Made by a program: the position numbers and the translations under genes. The notes below the pieces were generated by a model. It was not told where the DNA came from and searched no databases. It saw nothing but the letters and a program-made list of their open reading frames with translations. A stretch of DNA of 62,479 bases, filler included, from Choristocarpus tenellus KU-1152 (lineage: Eukaryota; Protista; Phaeophyceae), in the NCBI GenBank assembly GCA_964200185.2. It is 10 parts of 10 records of this genome, joined end to end, with 100 filler letters (N's around TTAATTAATTAA, not from the genome) between each part and the next. Parts side by side here need not be neighbours in the genome. Positions count along the whole stretch, not along the records: positions 34,248 to 39,580 come from CAXNAD020011117.1; positions 39,681 to 43,053 come from CAXNAD020020463.1; positions 43,154 to 47,960 come from CAXNAD020012983.1; positions 48,061 to 52,044 come from CAXNAD020016799.1; positions 52,145 to 59,053 come from CAXNAD020007087.1; 5 more parts are not named here. One strand, written 5' to 3'. Positions 39,231-52,386 of the stretch are shown here, one piece after another. The stretch's first letter is position 1. Each line of letters begins with the position of its first letter.

Positions 39231-41965
39231 GTGAGAGTGTGTTGCAAAGAGAGTGCACGTAAGAGTTAGATGTAGTTTGATGTAAGCGTATTGTTTGCCA
39301 TGGAGAATTTTCTGCTCTTCTGGTGCTGTTGCCGATTCACTGCTGTACCTTTTTTTTACTCAAAACCAATTGAGAGGTAGGGTTACAGGGCTATAGGGTT
39401 AGGGTTGCACTTTAAGGATCCCGAGAAAGGGAGAAAAGAAAAGAAAAATTAATTTTGTACAATTGTAGCATTGAATTGTGGTGCTACTACTTTTGTGTGT
39501 GTGTGAGGTGGGGGGGGGGGGGGGGGAAAGGGGGGGGAGAATGTCATTTTTTCATGGGGGGTTGTTGTGGGCGTATTGGGNNNNNNNNNNNNNNNNNNNN
39601 NNNNNNNNNNNNNNNNNNNNNNNNTTAATTAATTAANNNNNNNNNNNNNNNNNNNNNNNNNNNNNNNNNNNNNNNNNNNNCTGTTAGCTATGCGACGTTC
39701 TGCAAGCACATCTTCGTGCCAAATTTTGCTGGGGTGAGGACTAGCATGGTCAGGATTACATTAGCCAATGAACACTTGCTTCGCTCCAACTATGAAGCAA
39801 GGACCCCACAGGTACGTTGAACAGATTGTTAATGCTGGCTACACGCCTCTCTCTTTGCAACCCCAGGTGTGGGGTTGGATGTAGCGCCGCTCTATATGAA
39901 TACATCTAGATAGATGATAATATTATATTTTTTTGGCCTTTGTGGAACATCGGTTGTCAAAAATCTATTTTTTTAATCCTGAACATTTCAGATTTTTTGA
40001 GCATACCCTCTGCAGCAAAAATGAAGTTGCCAATTCCTACAAAAGAATAATATCTAAGTCCTGAGTAATTCCAAATTTATCCTTGGTCTAAGAGAAGGAA
40101 CTCTCTCAGACAAAAAATCTGGAAACCCAAGTGTACTCTGAATGAATAAAAACTGGTTACACAAAGAAGACTTTTATCAAGATTAAAAAAATGAAAACGT
40201 ATTGGGTGCATTTGTTCCATTGTGTTTGCTGCAGTCCGGTATAGTAGTTGTATCCCTGTGAAGGAGGCAGAACATGAAGGAAAGGTTAAGTCGTTGGTTG
40301 CATCGATCAATAGATAGGAACACAAAAATCTACACATGGAGGTATAGTACGTGGAAGGTTGTGCATGGTCTTGAACTGTACCATGGTGGTCCATGATACT
40401 AAGGAGGTCTCCATTGCGATAACCTGTCATGGTGTACACCTGTTTAGCTCCTGCTTGTCTTGGCTGGTTGTTTATGAGTGAGCCTGTCCACATGCTGAGG
40501 ATTCTCCTTGATATGTAGGGGGTGTGTGTGAGGGGCTTTTTTCCCATTTGTATTACCTAGATGGCTTTTTTGTTAGTGTGTGCCTGTCTTTGTCTGTGAT
40601 GGTGTGCCACTTTGCTGACACGTGCACGACTTGACCTGTGGGAGCGATGTCCTTGCCCATCCTCACGTTTTGGGCCTACCACTGCCTATGTGATCAACAG
40701 GAACTGCCAGTGTTGATGCGGTGGTTCCCCAAAGAACTTGTAGATACTCCGGAGGCAAAGTATCTGGATATTATCTTGTACAGGTGGGTCAGCCATACCA
40801 TCCCTTGTACAAGACGCGTTCCTATGTAAATGCTCATGTCAAGATGATGTGATGAACCTGTGCTACTGAAAGCATATTAATTGTCTTGCATTAAGCTGGG
40901 TATTGCACCCTGCCTCTGATTTTGTCAAGGAATTGAAATACTACTGTGCCAATGAGTCATGAGTTCTGCTCAAGGCCAGTACGCTCTGTTGCACAAGTGA
41001 TGTATTGATATCTTTACAGAGGAATACCCCACTTATCCTTGAACAGCTTCTCATAGTTTACCCCACTGTGTAGGACTGTTCTCAGGCGCTACAGTCTTTG
41101 TCTATTCATCTACTCATAGTTTTGAGAGGACAGGTTGTTGGGCAGACCGCAGTCACATCATCAAAGCATTATGGGTTTATTGTGTGATGTTGAATATGTG
41201 AAGTTTAATCCAGTGACCTCCATCCTGATTGTCATCCTGTGTGCGTTTGGGGTAGAGGCTAGATAGAGCATGGTATCAATAACACCACCGAAGACATCAA
41301 CTTAATGCTTGTTTGTACTCATGTCTTCTCACATCTTAACTCTTTCCTCTCTCCACCTTGTGAATGTTTTCAGCCGGGAGCAGATTCGAAAGGAGTCAGA
41401 AGCCATGGACAAGAAGGATGTTTCTGGATCAAACTCTCCATGGGGTATTATATCAGTCAAGGCACAAGATGTAGACACGGAGATCCCTATGCAACCCATT
41501 ACCATGATGAGGAATGCTCTTGGAAAAGAAGAGGGTGGATCGGGGGTACCATTAGATGCCCAAAAGTATAAGGAGAGCGTGATGTTTTGGAAAGATCACG
41601 CAACAATCAAGTAGTACCTACTATGTACCATCATGTTAGAGTTGTTGGATTGTAACTGGGGTAATGCCTATCATCACTTTGGTACTCCAAGCTTGGAGGG
41701 AGTGGTGGACATACTTGAAGTCGGTTCTTTCAACCATGGAATGTATGACCTATTTGTTGCAATGAGGAAATAGGTGTGCGTTTTGCTCTGTAGTGTCTGC
41801 CCCACCCCCTAAGGTTTTGAAACCACGCTAGGGTGGGTTCAATCAAGTGTCCTGGGGTGAAGCCTCAAGCCTTGGAGAGATAGTATACTTGATCTGTATA
41901 CTTAAAAAGCAAATAATATACCCAGTACAATGTTCTTGCACTGCTGTATCGTCTCTTGTTGGATG

Positions 41966-42001
<36 letters not shown>

Positions 42002-43012
42002 TCTAAACATTTATTTTTCTTACATAATTATTTTTCTTACTTATCCGTACCTTGTTACCTTCACCACACCACAACCTGACCCTAGCCCATTTCTCTCTGA
42101 CAAAAAGGTTTTCCACAGATTTATTACAAGGCTATCATACCAAGCTCAGTACAACATGGTTGATTCATGGCAGGATTGTTCCATTGTTGTCACCTGACAG
42201 AGATAGGATTTGTGTGGTATTTGCTGTTGGGTGTGTGGCTTGTGTTTGTATTTGTGCTATGAATACATGCTGTGCTGGTGCTCTGGAAAAGATATTCCCA
42301 CATAGAGCACGCTGACACATTTGCTTCATTGTACACATTAAACGGGGCATATGGTGAAGTATACCCATGGAATGCCCGATTCCTATTGTCCCTATTACAT
42401 GCATCTAAACCTATGATGTGAATGGTATACACTCTTCTCGATTGGACCAATGATGCCAGCACTATCACGAGCAAAAGAGGATGGGTTCCTATTATAGCTA
42501 CCTCTATATTGTGTAGAAGAGTACTCAAAAATAATTGTGGGAGTGTGTAGCAAATATGAAGATACTGTCTACCATTTGGACATTAGTTATCTGTGTTTCG
42601 TATGTTACTTTCTTAAAAAACTGTTCTTGACCAACACTATAACCGCAGTACCCCTAGTTACTTCTTGCATTAAAGGCTTGCAGTTTGAAGTACCTGTTGC
42701 TCTGTCTAGGGAGTTCAACGTGGTCTCAGCACTTGCATGTGGAAAATAGTCATCTGTGACAGGCGAGAAATAATTCTGTTGTTTTAATGCTATGGGAAGA
42801 GTCTAACTGATTGGTAGATGCTATCATTTCTGTGATCCTCTTCATTCACGAAAGTAGATTACCTCTCTCTGTGGCATTGTTGGACATCCCCATCAATTGT
42901 GTTTATCAAGCCAGTTTCCAAGTCGTGATAGTGTAAGTAGCATATAGGTGTGAGTGTTTCTTACTTCATGGGGATCGGAATTGAAAGGCACAATCAAGTT
43001 TACCTCCACTAA

Positions 43013-43053
43013 AAGCCAAAGTATCTTAGAAGGTAGGGCCGCGTCCATTTGGG
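43013..43053 (-). mobile_element. MITE family A, right end at contig end
   Basis: AAGCCAAAGTATCTTAGAAGGTAGGGCCGCGTCCATTTGGG. Confidence 0.8.
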
Positions 43054-43153
43054 NNNNNNNNNNNNNNNNNNNNNNNNNNNNNNNNNNNNNNNNNNNNTTA
43101 ATTAATTAANNNNNNNNNNNNNNNNNNNNNNNNNNNNNNNNNNNNNNNNNNNN

Positions 43154-43196
43154 ACCCCAAATGGACAGCTGCCACCCCCCCCAGATGCTTTGAGTC
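43154..43196 (+). mobile_element. MITE family B right end, abutting the Sola2 transposase region
   Basis: ACCCCAAATGGACAGCTGCCACCCCCCCCAGATGCTTTGAGTC matches 57596-57639. Confidence 0.8.
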
Positions 43197-46100
43197 ACAG
43201 CACCGTACATATTCGGTTACACCACAACTAAGCCTGAATCACCACGACCTATGACCAGCAACAACGCTCGATAAGTGACCACCTGGCCTGTTCGATGCAG
43301 GTGCTGTTCCAAAGGACAGAGGGATTCCCCACACTCCTAAAAGTCATATTTGCAAACTTCGACAAGAGCTTTTTCCTTCATCACAACACCACTATTTGGC
43401 AGGCGCAACAATACAAATACTGCAAATCCCGCCTCCTCAAAGGACATGCCGCCATGTCCATGGACTTCAGCGCCCACCTGCAACACAACCACCAAGACTT
43501 GACACAACAAGAGGTCTTCAATCTATTCCTTACGGCGCTTCTGACCATTGTCTGGTGGTTGACGGATTTCAGAGAAGAGGGAAATCTTGGGAAGGGAAGG
43601 GAAGGGTTTGGGCTCACAGCATTACGGTGTGCAGTGAAGACCGAAGCCAAGACAACGAGTTCGTCCAAAACGCTGTGGAGATGTTTGTGAAAGACCGCCT
43701 AATACCTCTAGTCAGTGAATACGGACAGACTCTAGAGGTCCTGCACATCTGGTCCGATGGCTGCTGTGGGAGCCAATTCAAGAACAGATGGCAAATGTGG
43801 TGGGTTTCTCAGTCTTTCGCACGGATGAGAATTTCCGTGGTACACAACTTCTTTGCCTCCTGTCACGGCAAGTCTTTGTCCGATGGAGACGGGGCTGTGG
43901 TGAAGTCTGCCACTAGGGGACTGGAACTACACGGGGTGCACATGCCGGGAACCTCATCCCTAGTGAATACAATCAAGGCAACCAAAACTCAGTACACCTT
44001 GACGGATCCGACACCAGAGGAAGAGGGGCGCTACCGCAAAGGTCATAAGGTTCCTCCCTGACAGACAATCGTCACAAAGGTAGGCACACTCCACACGACG
44101 ATCCCCCTCCCCCCCCCTCACTCACAAAGTCTGGCCTCTGCTTGCCACTGGCGACAACTCCAACACGTACACCCCTTGCCCACGTATATAACAAACACTC
44201 AACATGTACCGTTCGAACTTATGCCACATCCATCACTCCCTTCACGTCAACACGACACGTAGCGTCATGATAACACATACGCACTTATGAAATGATTGCA
44301 CAGATAGTCTATGCACACTTACAACCGTCGCCGCCTATTTTGTACAAGTCTACCAATCGGTAAACTCGCGCAAAATTACAAGTTCCTCGTTTCTTTCCAG
44401 TGCCAACGTCGACCATACACCATTGCTTGTTGCGGGAATAAATACCACATACACTACATGCATGATTCTCCCCACCCCCTGGACCTGATTCCTCCTTGCC
44501 ACTCCCATCAGTCTGCACCCTCCCGCCCCTTGATAACCCATACACTAAACACGCAATACATATCGTTGACCCATTATGTCACATCCGCACCTTCCCTCGC
44601 GTCGACACCACAAATCACATGATAAATGCACATATGAATTTATTAATCGACCGCACACCGTCCGTGCACACTTGCAACCATCACCCTCGATTTAGAATGA
44701 GTCTGTCAATCGGTAAACTAACCCCAAACTCCAAGCTTTTTTGTTTCCTTTCACGTAACAATGTCGGCCACGTATCCATCGCTTGCTACAGGAATATATA
44801 CCACATGAGCAATGTCTATGATTTTCCCCACTCACAATTATTAATCCCTGTTTGCAAATCGCGACACTCTGCACCCTCCCGTCCCTTGCTAACCCATATA
44901 TCCCACCAAGGCAATAGATTTCGTCGACCCATTATGTCACATCCATGCCTTCCCTTCATGCCGACAACACAAATCACAGTATGATCGCTCATACGCACAC
45001 CTCTTAATTGACCGCACAAAGTCCGTGCGGTCTTGCAACCAGGGCCCTTTATTTTTCAGAAGTCTACCAATCGGCAAACTAACACAAAACTCCAAGTCTT
45101 GGGTTTCATCGCACACTGCCACCCGTCGTTACCAAACACTCCTTACAGCGATAGGTAGCACTTATCACTACAAAGAAAATGCAATCACATAGAATCGGTC
45201 ACAGCACAATGCCTTGGTGCCGACACTAACTCCAACACGTACCGCCCCTCCCCTTACACGCACAATCACCACAACCCCAAGGATTGGACGGACAGGGACG
45301 GCAGACAGCACAGTAACACGTATACAAAACTTCTATACATCGACACGTTCCGCACACAGGAGATAGTCCACCTTCCGTCTTACAAAATCGACCGTGCCCG
45401 ACGACATGACCCACGTGTCCCAAACCTCAGTGGAATGAAGTCCATGCACAGGTTCTTCACTGGTCGGCTCACATCCGGAGGCTCCCCTACATTGATGTAC
45501 ATCGAACTGTCGTGCTACTGCACAAACTGTTCCATCGGCAACCTCGCCCAATGCAGGTGGCAACTCACCCACGTGCCCCCACTTAAGGAGATAGACCTCG
45601 GATTTTCCACGGAAGCGGGAATGGGTGGTATGTATCTGAGAAGTCAGCTGTCGAGGAAGAAGAGACAGCTCGCCGAGGGGAGCATATGCATTGTGCGGAC
45701 GCAGCCATCAGAGTACAATGGTATAGAGTTCTTGCTGTTCACTGTCCACCGCAAGGACACGATTCAATGGAACGCCAGACACCACTCCAGCTACGGAGGG
45801 ATGTTCATTGCTGGAGATGAGAGGTCGTCTTTGTCACTGAAGACTTCCAGGTGCTGAGTGCTAGCTTCGTTGATGGAGTGCCAACTATTCACATGTCACG
45901 GACGGAGAGGTGAGTAACCCTTCTTATTGCTTCTAAGGGAACAATGCCCCACACGAATGATTCCACCCTGTCCATATACAGATACACAGATGTCACATAT
46001 CCCCTTATAGCCCCTCTAACCAACATGGATTCCTTCCATAACGCCCAATCTTGACATCCAAATCAGTGGCATTTGTTCTCCCAATCTACAACCGCCACTG

Positions 46101-47329
46101 ACACCTTTAACATAATATTTCACAACTTATGTAGGGCAAATAAGCGCTCCCATTCGTTCATTTCGCTGCCTAAGTGTATCCTCTATCATACACAAAACTA
46201 TCCATTTCTTAAAAAAATCAATAGACAACAACACCCCTGTAGAACTAAACCAGGCCATAACGCGCAAACACATTCCGGTGGTCCTACACACCAACTCAAC
46301 CCCCGCAACGAACATGTTTGTGTAGTGATGCAGGACGCACAACCGGGTCCCTGCGTCGTGCCCCTTCAGGCTATCGTCATCCCAGACTTCACAGACATCG
46401 AACACAACCACCTGGATAACACATTCACGATCCTGCCCGGTCAATACCAGAGGTCACCTCGGAATCCAACCGTCAATCTCTTGGTGGGATAACTTCTCAC
46501 TTCTCTAGGCAACTCAGACTTGGGGACAAATCCGAAGCCAGATTCGGTTGATAAACCAGCTTCATCCTACGCGCACTTGGGGAGGCCATCGTACAGGGGA
46601 AGGTCGGCGATGTTCGTGTAGATGGTTCAGGGGCGTACATTTACTCAGTGTTCTACCTCCTGGACGATTGCGAAAAATCTTTACCCCCTCAACTGGGGTC
46701 GTACATGACAGAGGACGAGATCGAGGAGGGTGTCAACCAACTTCGAGAGAAGAACAAGAGGGACAGTGACGAGGCTGCAGCCCTGTGTGTCAGACAACGC
46801 AGTCGGTTGATTGCAGACCGCCGGCAGAAGCTTAGGGATATGGGACAAGGATACATAGAAATATGTACTCCTTGAACGGACAATGGGTTATGTGCCGGAT
46901 ATAGATGAGGGAGAAACACGCAATGCCAGAGCCAAGGGCAGGGGACTTTACTTCAGATGAGACGACCAGCAGATGCAAGGGACCGTGACCAAGTACCAGC
47001 CCAACTACACGGTGAAAGTTGGAGAGAAGCGAGTCAGCTACCCCTACGAGGTCAAATGGGAGAATGACGGCTTGCGAAATATGCAGCTCCTTGTCCAACA
47101 CACTACAGTATTGACCAAGACGCCACCCCTACACGAGCCTGGTTCTGGACAAGTCCTACACTGCCACCATACTGACGTCAGACACGGCTTTGAGGAGCAA
47201 CATAGGCCAATTTCTGATCGTGAGTCACCCTCTACTTCGCCAGTCCGACACATGCCTCGACAGATATGTTATGATGGAGAGATCAGACGTTCTCTAAATC
47301 AACGGACTTATGCATATTTGGTACATTGA
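43197..47329 (+). pseudogene. Sola2-type DDD transposase, copy 1, 5'-truncated. Exons ~43197-44079, 45360-45909, 46334-~47329
   Basis: Motifs MSMDFSAH..QDLTQ, SEDRSQDNEFV, LHIWSDGCCGSQFKN, HNFFASCHGKSLSDGDGAVVK, and after intron 1 GMKSMHRF..ELSCYCTNC. This is the DF../SDG..QFKN/HGK..DG pattern of Sola2 transposases. Splice sites AAG|GTAGG, CACAG|GAG, GAG|GTGAG, TGCAG|GAC. Frameshifts and a TGA at 44059. Confidence 0.85.
44313..45125 (+). repeat. ~355-bp tandem repeat (about 2.3 units) in transposase intron 1
   Basis: Units start near 44313, 44666 and 45027 (AGTCTACCAATCGGTAAACT-like core); mirrored at about 50880-51690. Confidence 0.85.
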
Positions 47330-47773
47330 ATTTATTATCCTCCTCCCGAAGAGTTTGTGTTTATGTGTACTCATACATATGTTTTTATTGGCCCGGTGGC
47401 AACCCACATTTCATCTCCATTACAGCGTTCTGCCACCGCCCTCTAATGCCTTTACTGCCATGCCCCAATCCTTTTCCCTCCCCTCTTTGCGTTGATCGGA
47501 CCACAGAGCAACTGACAGAAACGTTACTACAAATACGTTGACGCACAAGCATCTCGTACTCCATACCACCATCTTCAGAACTAATCGAGATTTCCACAAC
47601 AGATGACATCTCTTCCACACCTAAATCAAGCGCCGGCAACCACCCAGGCTCCAAGCCTTAAACCCCACGGCAACTTCCCTGAGTCATAATAACACAGTCT
47701 ACACCCACTCAAGCGCCAAGCGTACATCCTGAATGCATTTTGGTTCAAAATACATCATAAGAGGATGGTGGCT

Positions 47774-47960
47774 GGGTCGAAGTATCCTAGGGGGTGGTGG
47801 TTTGTGAGGGGGCGTCCGTTTCCATCTGGACGAATTGCTCAAAAATCATAGCAGTTGCTGTCCTCAGTCACGGACGATTCTCGACTGAAGACAGCAATCC
47901 CTATGATTTTTGAGCTCTTCGTCCGGACGGAAACGGACGACCCCTCCCAAACCACCCTAC
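47774..47960. mobile_element. Foldback element D at the 3' end of Sola2 copy 1
   Basis: GGGTCGAAGTATCC start, then ~75-bp inverted arms around a 13-nt loop (ACGGACGATTCTC); cut by the contig end. Confidence 0.9.
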
Positions 47961-48060
47961 NNNNNNNNNNNNNNNNNNNNNNNNNNNNNNNNNNNNNNNN
48001 NNNNTTAATTAATTAANNNNNNNNNNNNNNNNNNNNNNNNNNNNNNNNNNNNNNNNNNNN

Positions 48061-48253
48061 ATCTGGGGGGGGGTGGTTTGTGCGAGGGCGTCCGTTTCGG
48101 TCCTGACGAAATGCTCAAAAAACATAGCAATTGCTGTCTTCAGTCGTGAAACGTCCGCGACTGAAGACAGCAATTGCAACGATTTAGGAGTAGTTCGTCT
48201 GGATCGAAACGGACACCTCCTCACAAACCAACACCCCCAAGATAGTTTGACCC
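48061..48253. mobile_element. Foldback element D at the 3' end of Sola2 copy 2
   Basis: Same palindrome, ending ...CCCAAGATAGTTTGACCC and followed by AGCCACC, the reverse complement of the GGTGGCT junction in copy 1. Confidence 0.9.
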
Positions 48254-48689
48254 AGCCACCGTCCTTGCATAATGTATTTTGGGCAAAAATACATTTAAGA
48301 TCAACGCTTGGTGCTTGAGTGGGTGTAGACTAAGTTTTTATGGCTCAGGGAAGCTGTCGTTGGGTTGAAAGCCTGGAGTCTGGATGGTTGCCGCCGCTTG
48401 GTTTGGGTGTGGAACAGAGGTCATCTGTTGTGGAAATCTCGACTTGTGCTGAACATGGTGGTGAGGAGTACGAGATGCTTGTGCGTCGACGTATTTGTGG
48501 TAAGGTTTCTGCCAATTGCTCTGTGGTCCGATCAGTGCAAAGAGGGGAAGAAAAAGGATTGGGGAATGGCAGTAAAAGTATTAGAGGATGATGGCAGAAC
48601 GCACTAACGGAAGACGAAATTTAGGTTGCCACCGGGCCAATAAAAACATTTGTATGAGGACAAATAAAGACAAACTCTTCGGGAAGATA

Positions 48690-51600
48690 ATAAATTCAAT
48701 ATACCAAATGCGTAAGTCCGTTGATTTAGAGAACGTCCGATCTCTTCATCATAACATGTCTGTCGAGGCGTGTGTCGGACTGGCGAAGTAGAGGGTGACT
48801 CATGAACAGATATTGGCCTATATGTTGCTCCTCAAAGCCGTGTCTGTCGCCAGAATGGTGGCAGTGTAGGACTTGTCCCGAACCAGGCCCGTGTAGGAGC
48901 GCCTTGGTCAATACTGTAGTGTTGGACGAGAAGCTTAATATTTCGCAAGTCGCCATTCTCCCATTTGACCTCATAGGGGCAGCTGACTCGCTTTTCTCTA
49001 ACTTTCACCATGTAGTGGGGCTGGTACTTGGTCACAGTCCCTCGGATCCGCTGATCGTCTCATCTGAAGTATAGTCCCCTGCCCTTGGCTCTGGCATTGA
49101 GCGTTACTCCCTCATCTAAATCCGGCACATATAACTCAGTGTCGATTCAAGGAGTATATATTTCTATATATTCTTGTCCATGTCCCTACGCTTCCGCTGG
49201 CAGTTGACAATCGACCGACTGCGTTGTCTGACACACAGGGCTGCAGCCTCATCACTGTCCCTCTTGTTCTTGTCTCGAAGTTGGTTGACACCCTCCTCGA
49301 TCTCGTCCTCTGTCATGTATGACCCCAGTTGAGGGGGTAAAGATTTTTCGCCATCGTCCGGGAGGTAGGACACCGAGCAAATGTACGCCCCTGTGAACAC
49401 ATCGCTGACCTTCCCCTGTACGATGCCCCCCCCACTCGCGCGTAGGATGAAGCTGGTTCCTCGACCGAACCTGGCGTCGGACGTGTCCCCAAGTATGAGT
49501 TGCCGAGAGAAGCGAGCAGGTATCCCACCGAGAGATTGTCGGTTGGATTCCGAGGGGAACCTCTGGTATTGACCAACCAGGCAGGATCGTGAATATGTTG
49601 TCAAGGTGGTTGTAGTCGATGTCTGTGAAGTCTGGGATGATGATAGCCTGAAGGGGCACGACGCGGAGGCCCGGTTGTGCGTCCTGCATCACCACAAACA
49701 TGTTCGTTGCGGAGGATATGTTGGTGTATAGGACTATTAGAATATGTTTGCGCATGATGGCCTTATTTGGGTTTATAGGGGTGTTTGTTGATTTTATTGA
49801 GAAACGGATAGTTTTTATGCATAATAGAGGATACACTTAAGCAGCGAAATGAACGTATGAGACGCGTTTATTTGCCCTGCGCAAGTTGTGAAATATTATG
49901 TGAAAGGTATCAGTGGCGGTTGCAGATAGGGAGAACAAAATGACACTGGTTCTAATGTCAGGATTGGACGTTATGGGAGGAATCTATGTTGGCTAGAGGG
50001 GATATAAGGGGATATGTGACATCTGTATATGAACAGCGTGGATTCATTCGTGTGGGGCATTGTTTTCTTAGAAGCAATAAGAGGCGTTACTCACCTTGTC
50101 CGTCCGTGACATGTGAATAGTTGGCACGCCATCAAACGAAGCTAGCACTCAGCAGCTGGAAGTCTTCAATGAGAAAGACGATCTCATCTCCAGCACTGAA
50201 CATCCCTCCGTAGCTGGAGTGGTGTCTGGTGTTCCATTGAATCGTGTCCTTGCGGTGGACAGTGAACGGCAAGAACTCCATACCATTGTACTCCGATGGC
50301 TGCGTCCGCACAATGCATATGTTCCCCTCCGCAAGCTGTCTCTTCCTCGACAGCTGACTTCTCAGATACATGTCACCCGTTCCCACTTCCGTGGAAAATC
50401 CAAGGTGTATCTCCTTAAGTGGGGGCACATGGGTTGGTTGCCACCTGCATTGGGCGAGGTTGCCGATGGAACAGTTGGTGCAGTAGCACGACAGTTCGGT
50501 GTATATCAATGTACGAGAGTCTCGGGTGGTGAGCCGTCCAGTGAAGAACCTGTGTATGGACTTGATTCCACTAAGGTTCGGGACACGTGGGTCGTGTCGT
50601 CCCGCACGGTCGATCTCGTAAGACGGAAGGTGGACTATCTCCTGTGTGAGGAACATGTCGATGTATAGAAGTTTTGTGCACGTAATTTCTGTGCTGCCTG
50701 CTGTCCCTGTCGGTCCGATCCTAAGGGTTGTGTTGATTGTGCGTATAAGGGGAAGGGTGGTACGTGTTGGAGTCATTGTCGGTACTGAGGCAGTGTGCTG
50801 CAACCGATTCGATGTGATGGCGTTCGTTTGTAAATAGTTGTGCTACCTATTCCTGTAACAAATGTTTGGTAATTACGGATGGCAGTGTGTGATGAAACCC
50901 AAAAGTTGGAGTTTATTTTTATTTTGCCGATTGGTAGACCTTTGAAAATAGAAGGCGATGGTTCCAAGTGAGCACGGACTTTGAGCGGTCGATTAAGAAG
51001 TGCGTATGTACAATCATCATGTGATTTGTGGCGTAGGCATGAAGGGAAGGCACGGATGTGACATAATTGGTCGACAAAATCTATTGCCTTGGTGGAATAT
51101 ATGGGTTAGCAAGGGGGGGGAGGGTGCAGACTGTCGCGAGTTGCAAACAGGGATTAATTATTGTGAGTGGGAAAATCATACACGTGGTACATGTGGTATA
51201 TATTCTTGCAGCAAGCGATGGATATATGGCCGACGTTGTTACGTGAAAGGAAACAATAATTTGGAGTTTCGGGTTGGCTTACCGATTGACAGACTCGTTC
51301 TAAATCGAAGGCGATGGTTGCAAGTGTGGTCGGACGGTGTTCGGTCAATTAATAAATGCGTATGTGCGATTATCATGTGATTTGTGGTGTTGACGTGAGG
51401 GAAAGCGTGGATATGACATAATGGGTCAACAATATCTATTGCGTGTTTAGTGTATGAGTTATCAAGGGGCGGGAGGGTGCAGACTGATCGGAATGGCAAG
51501 GAGGGATCAAGTCCAGAGTGCGGGGAGAATCATGCATGTAGTGTATAACGTATGTATTCCTGCAACAAGCGATGGGTACATGGTCGACGTTGGCAGTGGA

Positions 51601-52044
51601 AAGAAAAGAAGAAATTGGAGTTTTGTGCGAGTTTACCGATTGGCAGACTTGTACAAAATAGGTGGTGATGGATGTGAGTGTGTATAGACTATCTGTGCAG
51701 ATATTTCATACATGCGTATGTGTTATCTTGACGCTGCGCGTCGTGTTGGCGTGAGGGGAGTGACGGATGTGATATAAGTTTGAATGGTGTACATATTGAG
51801 TGTTTGTTGCATATGTGAGCAAGGAGTGTACGTGTTGTGGTTGTCGCCAGTGGCAAGCAGAGGCCGAACTTTGTGCGTGTGGGGGGGGTCGTCATGTGGA
51901 GTGTGCCTACCTTTGTGACGATTGTCTGTCCGGGAGGAACCTTATGACCTTTGCAGTAGCGCCATTCTTCCTCTGGTGTCGGATCCCTCAAGGTAAACTG
52001 AGTTTTGGTTGGCTTGATTGTATCCACTAGGGATGAGGTTCCTG
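48690..52044 (-). pseudogene. Sola2-type transposase, copy 2, 5'-truncated by the contig end. Exons 52044-51911, 50641-50095, 49683-~48690
   Basis: Reverse-complement homologue of 43947-47773 throughout, including introns and splice sites; KGHKVPPGQTIVTK|EIVHLPSY...ELSCYCTNC; own frameshift near 50135. Confidence 0.85.
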
Positions 52045-52144
52045 NNNNNNNNNNNNNNNNNNNNNNNNNNNNNNNNNNNNNNNNNNNNTTAATTAATTAA
52101 NNNNNNNNNNNNNNNNNNNNNNNNNNNNNNNNNNNNNNNNNNNN

Positions 52145-52386
52145 CCCCCAAGATACTTTGATCCTTTGTCCATTTGGGGCTTGGCTTCCCATGGGGTTTT
52201 TTATAACGTTTTCCTACTCCAGAATGTTTTCGAGTAGGTAAAATGTATAGGTTATGAAAAGGTGTGTCCAGAACATGGATATTGACACGTCCTAACAAAC
52301 ACGATAGTCAAAATTACATCAAAATCGCAAGATTGGATTTTGCCTCCCAAATGGACTCGCCTCTACCCTCTAAGATACTTTGGCTC
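52145..52386 (+). mobile_element. Family C/D-type right end (52145-52164) nested in a family A element (52165-52386)
   Basis: CCCCCAAGATACTTTGATCC is directly followed by family A interior TTTGTCCATTTGGGGCTTGGC... ending TAAGATACTTTGGCTC. Confidence 0.85.

Noticed and set aside
39681-42990. Short protein-like segments (e.g. 40638-40829, 41372-41614)
   Set aside because: Could not build a phase-consistent gene or recognise a domain.
43947-52044. Apparent 8-kb giant inverted repeat centred near 48000
   Set aside because: The centre is an artificial linker. The arms are two diverged copies on separate contigs, each with its own D unit, so adjacency is unproven.
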